From Lytechinus pictus (lineage: Eukaryota), in contig NC_087250.1 of assembly GCF_037042905.1 (NCBI RefSeq), positions 21,268,001-21,332,000 of the forward strand: a DNA stretch of 64,000 nucleotides, written 5' to 3'. The notes below the pieces were generated by a model. It was not told the DNA's origin, ran no database searches, and worked only from the letters and a program-made list of their open reading frames with translations. Of the stretch, positions 62,741 through 64,000 are shown piece after piece (within the stretch, counting starts at the first letter, position 1; each line of letters starts with the position of its first letter). The translations under genes were made by a program, and so were the position numbers.

Positions 62741-64000
62741 ATTCAGCACAAGAAGATCAAATGTCTTGAGAATAGGACAGCACAGTCTCCAGACATGACT
62801 TTTATTGAGCATGTATGAAGCAGAATGAATGAGAGCACATGGAAACGAAGCCAAATAATGTGGGGGGAGTTGTGGAACACTCGTGAGGCCATCTTTTATG
62901 CCATTCTGATGCCTACATCAACAAACTGGTACGACCCCCTCCCAAGACCAAGGCCAAAATAAGGCACAGCAGATACTAAAGTGTTAATTCCCGGTGTTGC
63001 AGTTAGTATGATGTTGATGTGATGTCAGAAGCAATGTTTGTTGATTCAGTCTGAATGATTTGTAAATTGCGACATGACTTTTGTCCAGCTGAAAAAAAAG
63101 GCCTACTTGACATTATTCAATTCAATTCAAATAAAACATTTATTTTCTTCTATTTCATCACATAGTTTTCTTGTAACATACATACATAAATACATAAATC
63201 AATTTGTTATGAAAAATATAAATATATACATGTTGGGTTTAAGGAAGAAGGCGTATACCCTAAAAGCTGAGGCTTGTGGCGGGATACGCCTATAGACATA
63301 AATACAATACAATCAACAATACAAAGGAAAGGGCAGAGAAAAGAAGAAAAGGAAAGGGAACAAGAGAGGGAGACGTGAGCGGGGAGGCGGGCATGAAAAT
63401 AGAATCCTCAACAAAATATCAGTGGGGGGGGGGGCAAAATATAAATGCCGCAACCACAATTGTCCATGGTTCATCTTATCATGTTTAAAGTCAAAAGGAA
63501 ACGTAAGATGAGAAATATTTATATATAAAACGACAGAAGCAATTTTTTTCATTTTATACTTAAAGCTGGTTGTCGATAGAGATTTTTTTATGTAATCCGG
63601 AATTTCAATTTATGTCACTGTTCTCATTAGCGTAGATTAAATTTAATTTCTCTGCTGCCAAATAATATTTTTAAACATTAGAATTAATCTGAAAGATATC
63701 ACAGATCAGATGATTTTTGGTAAAGTTAGAAAGTGATTACTTCATCAGCAGTACCTGCGACAAGACTTATGTACATTACAGTAATACGCTAATGGTTTTC
63801 TGCGGTTGTAATAGTTTAACTACTTGAGGTATTAATACCTTATTATGAAATACCTTACTTCGTTTTGTATATCTTTGCATTTGTTGGTCATTTGCTATTA
63901 TCAGGGGAAGCGGAATTGCAATAAACTTGTACTAAATCTTTTAAAATACACGAACTACCCTTTCTGCATGGTCATTCATTAGGGATATAACTGTTTGGGG

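Overview
Eukaryotic, AT-rich, almost entirely repeat-derived DNA. The repeat families suggest a marine invertebrate, probably an echinoderm such as a sea urchin (inference). No complete host gene is recognisable. The window holds two deep stacks of nested transposons (about 3.2-20.5 kb and 22.65-39.3 kb), many boundaries of which are fixed by terminal inverted repeats (TIRs) and target-site duplications (TSDs) read from the sequence. Main contents: (i) a full-length R4/Dong-type non-LTR retrotransposon (RT plus REL endonuclease) in a (TAA)n tract, whose ~1122-aa ORF is broken only by a hAT-type MITE; (ii) decayed CR1/L2-group and L1/Tx1 LINEs; (iii) hAT, MULE-like, CMC/CACTA, PIF/Harbinger, Tc1-like, Academ-like and Helentron-like non-autonomous elements; (iv) an old tandem duplication of the backbone, each copy carrying a signal-peptide-like exon; (v) a SAM-domain-like first exon at the left edge. 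The most unusual feature is at 49.6-51.0 kb: a 407-bp tandem plus inverted repeat array anchored in (CA)n/(TA)n microsatellites. Each unit carries a short-variable-arm tRNA cloverleaf followed by a Pol III terminator, with a UCA (opal-reading) anticodon in three of four copies. No computation or database search was run; superfamily calls come from terminal motifs and TSD lengths.
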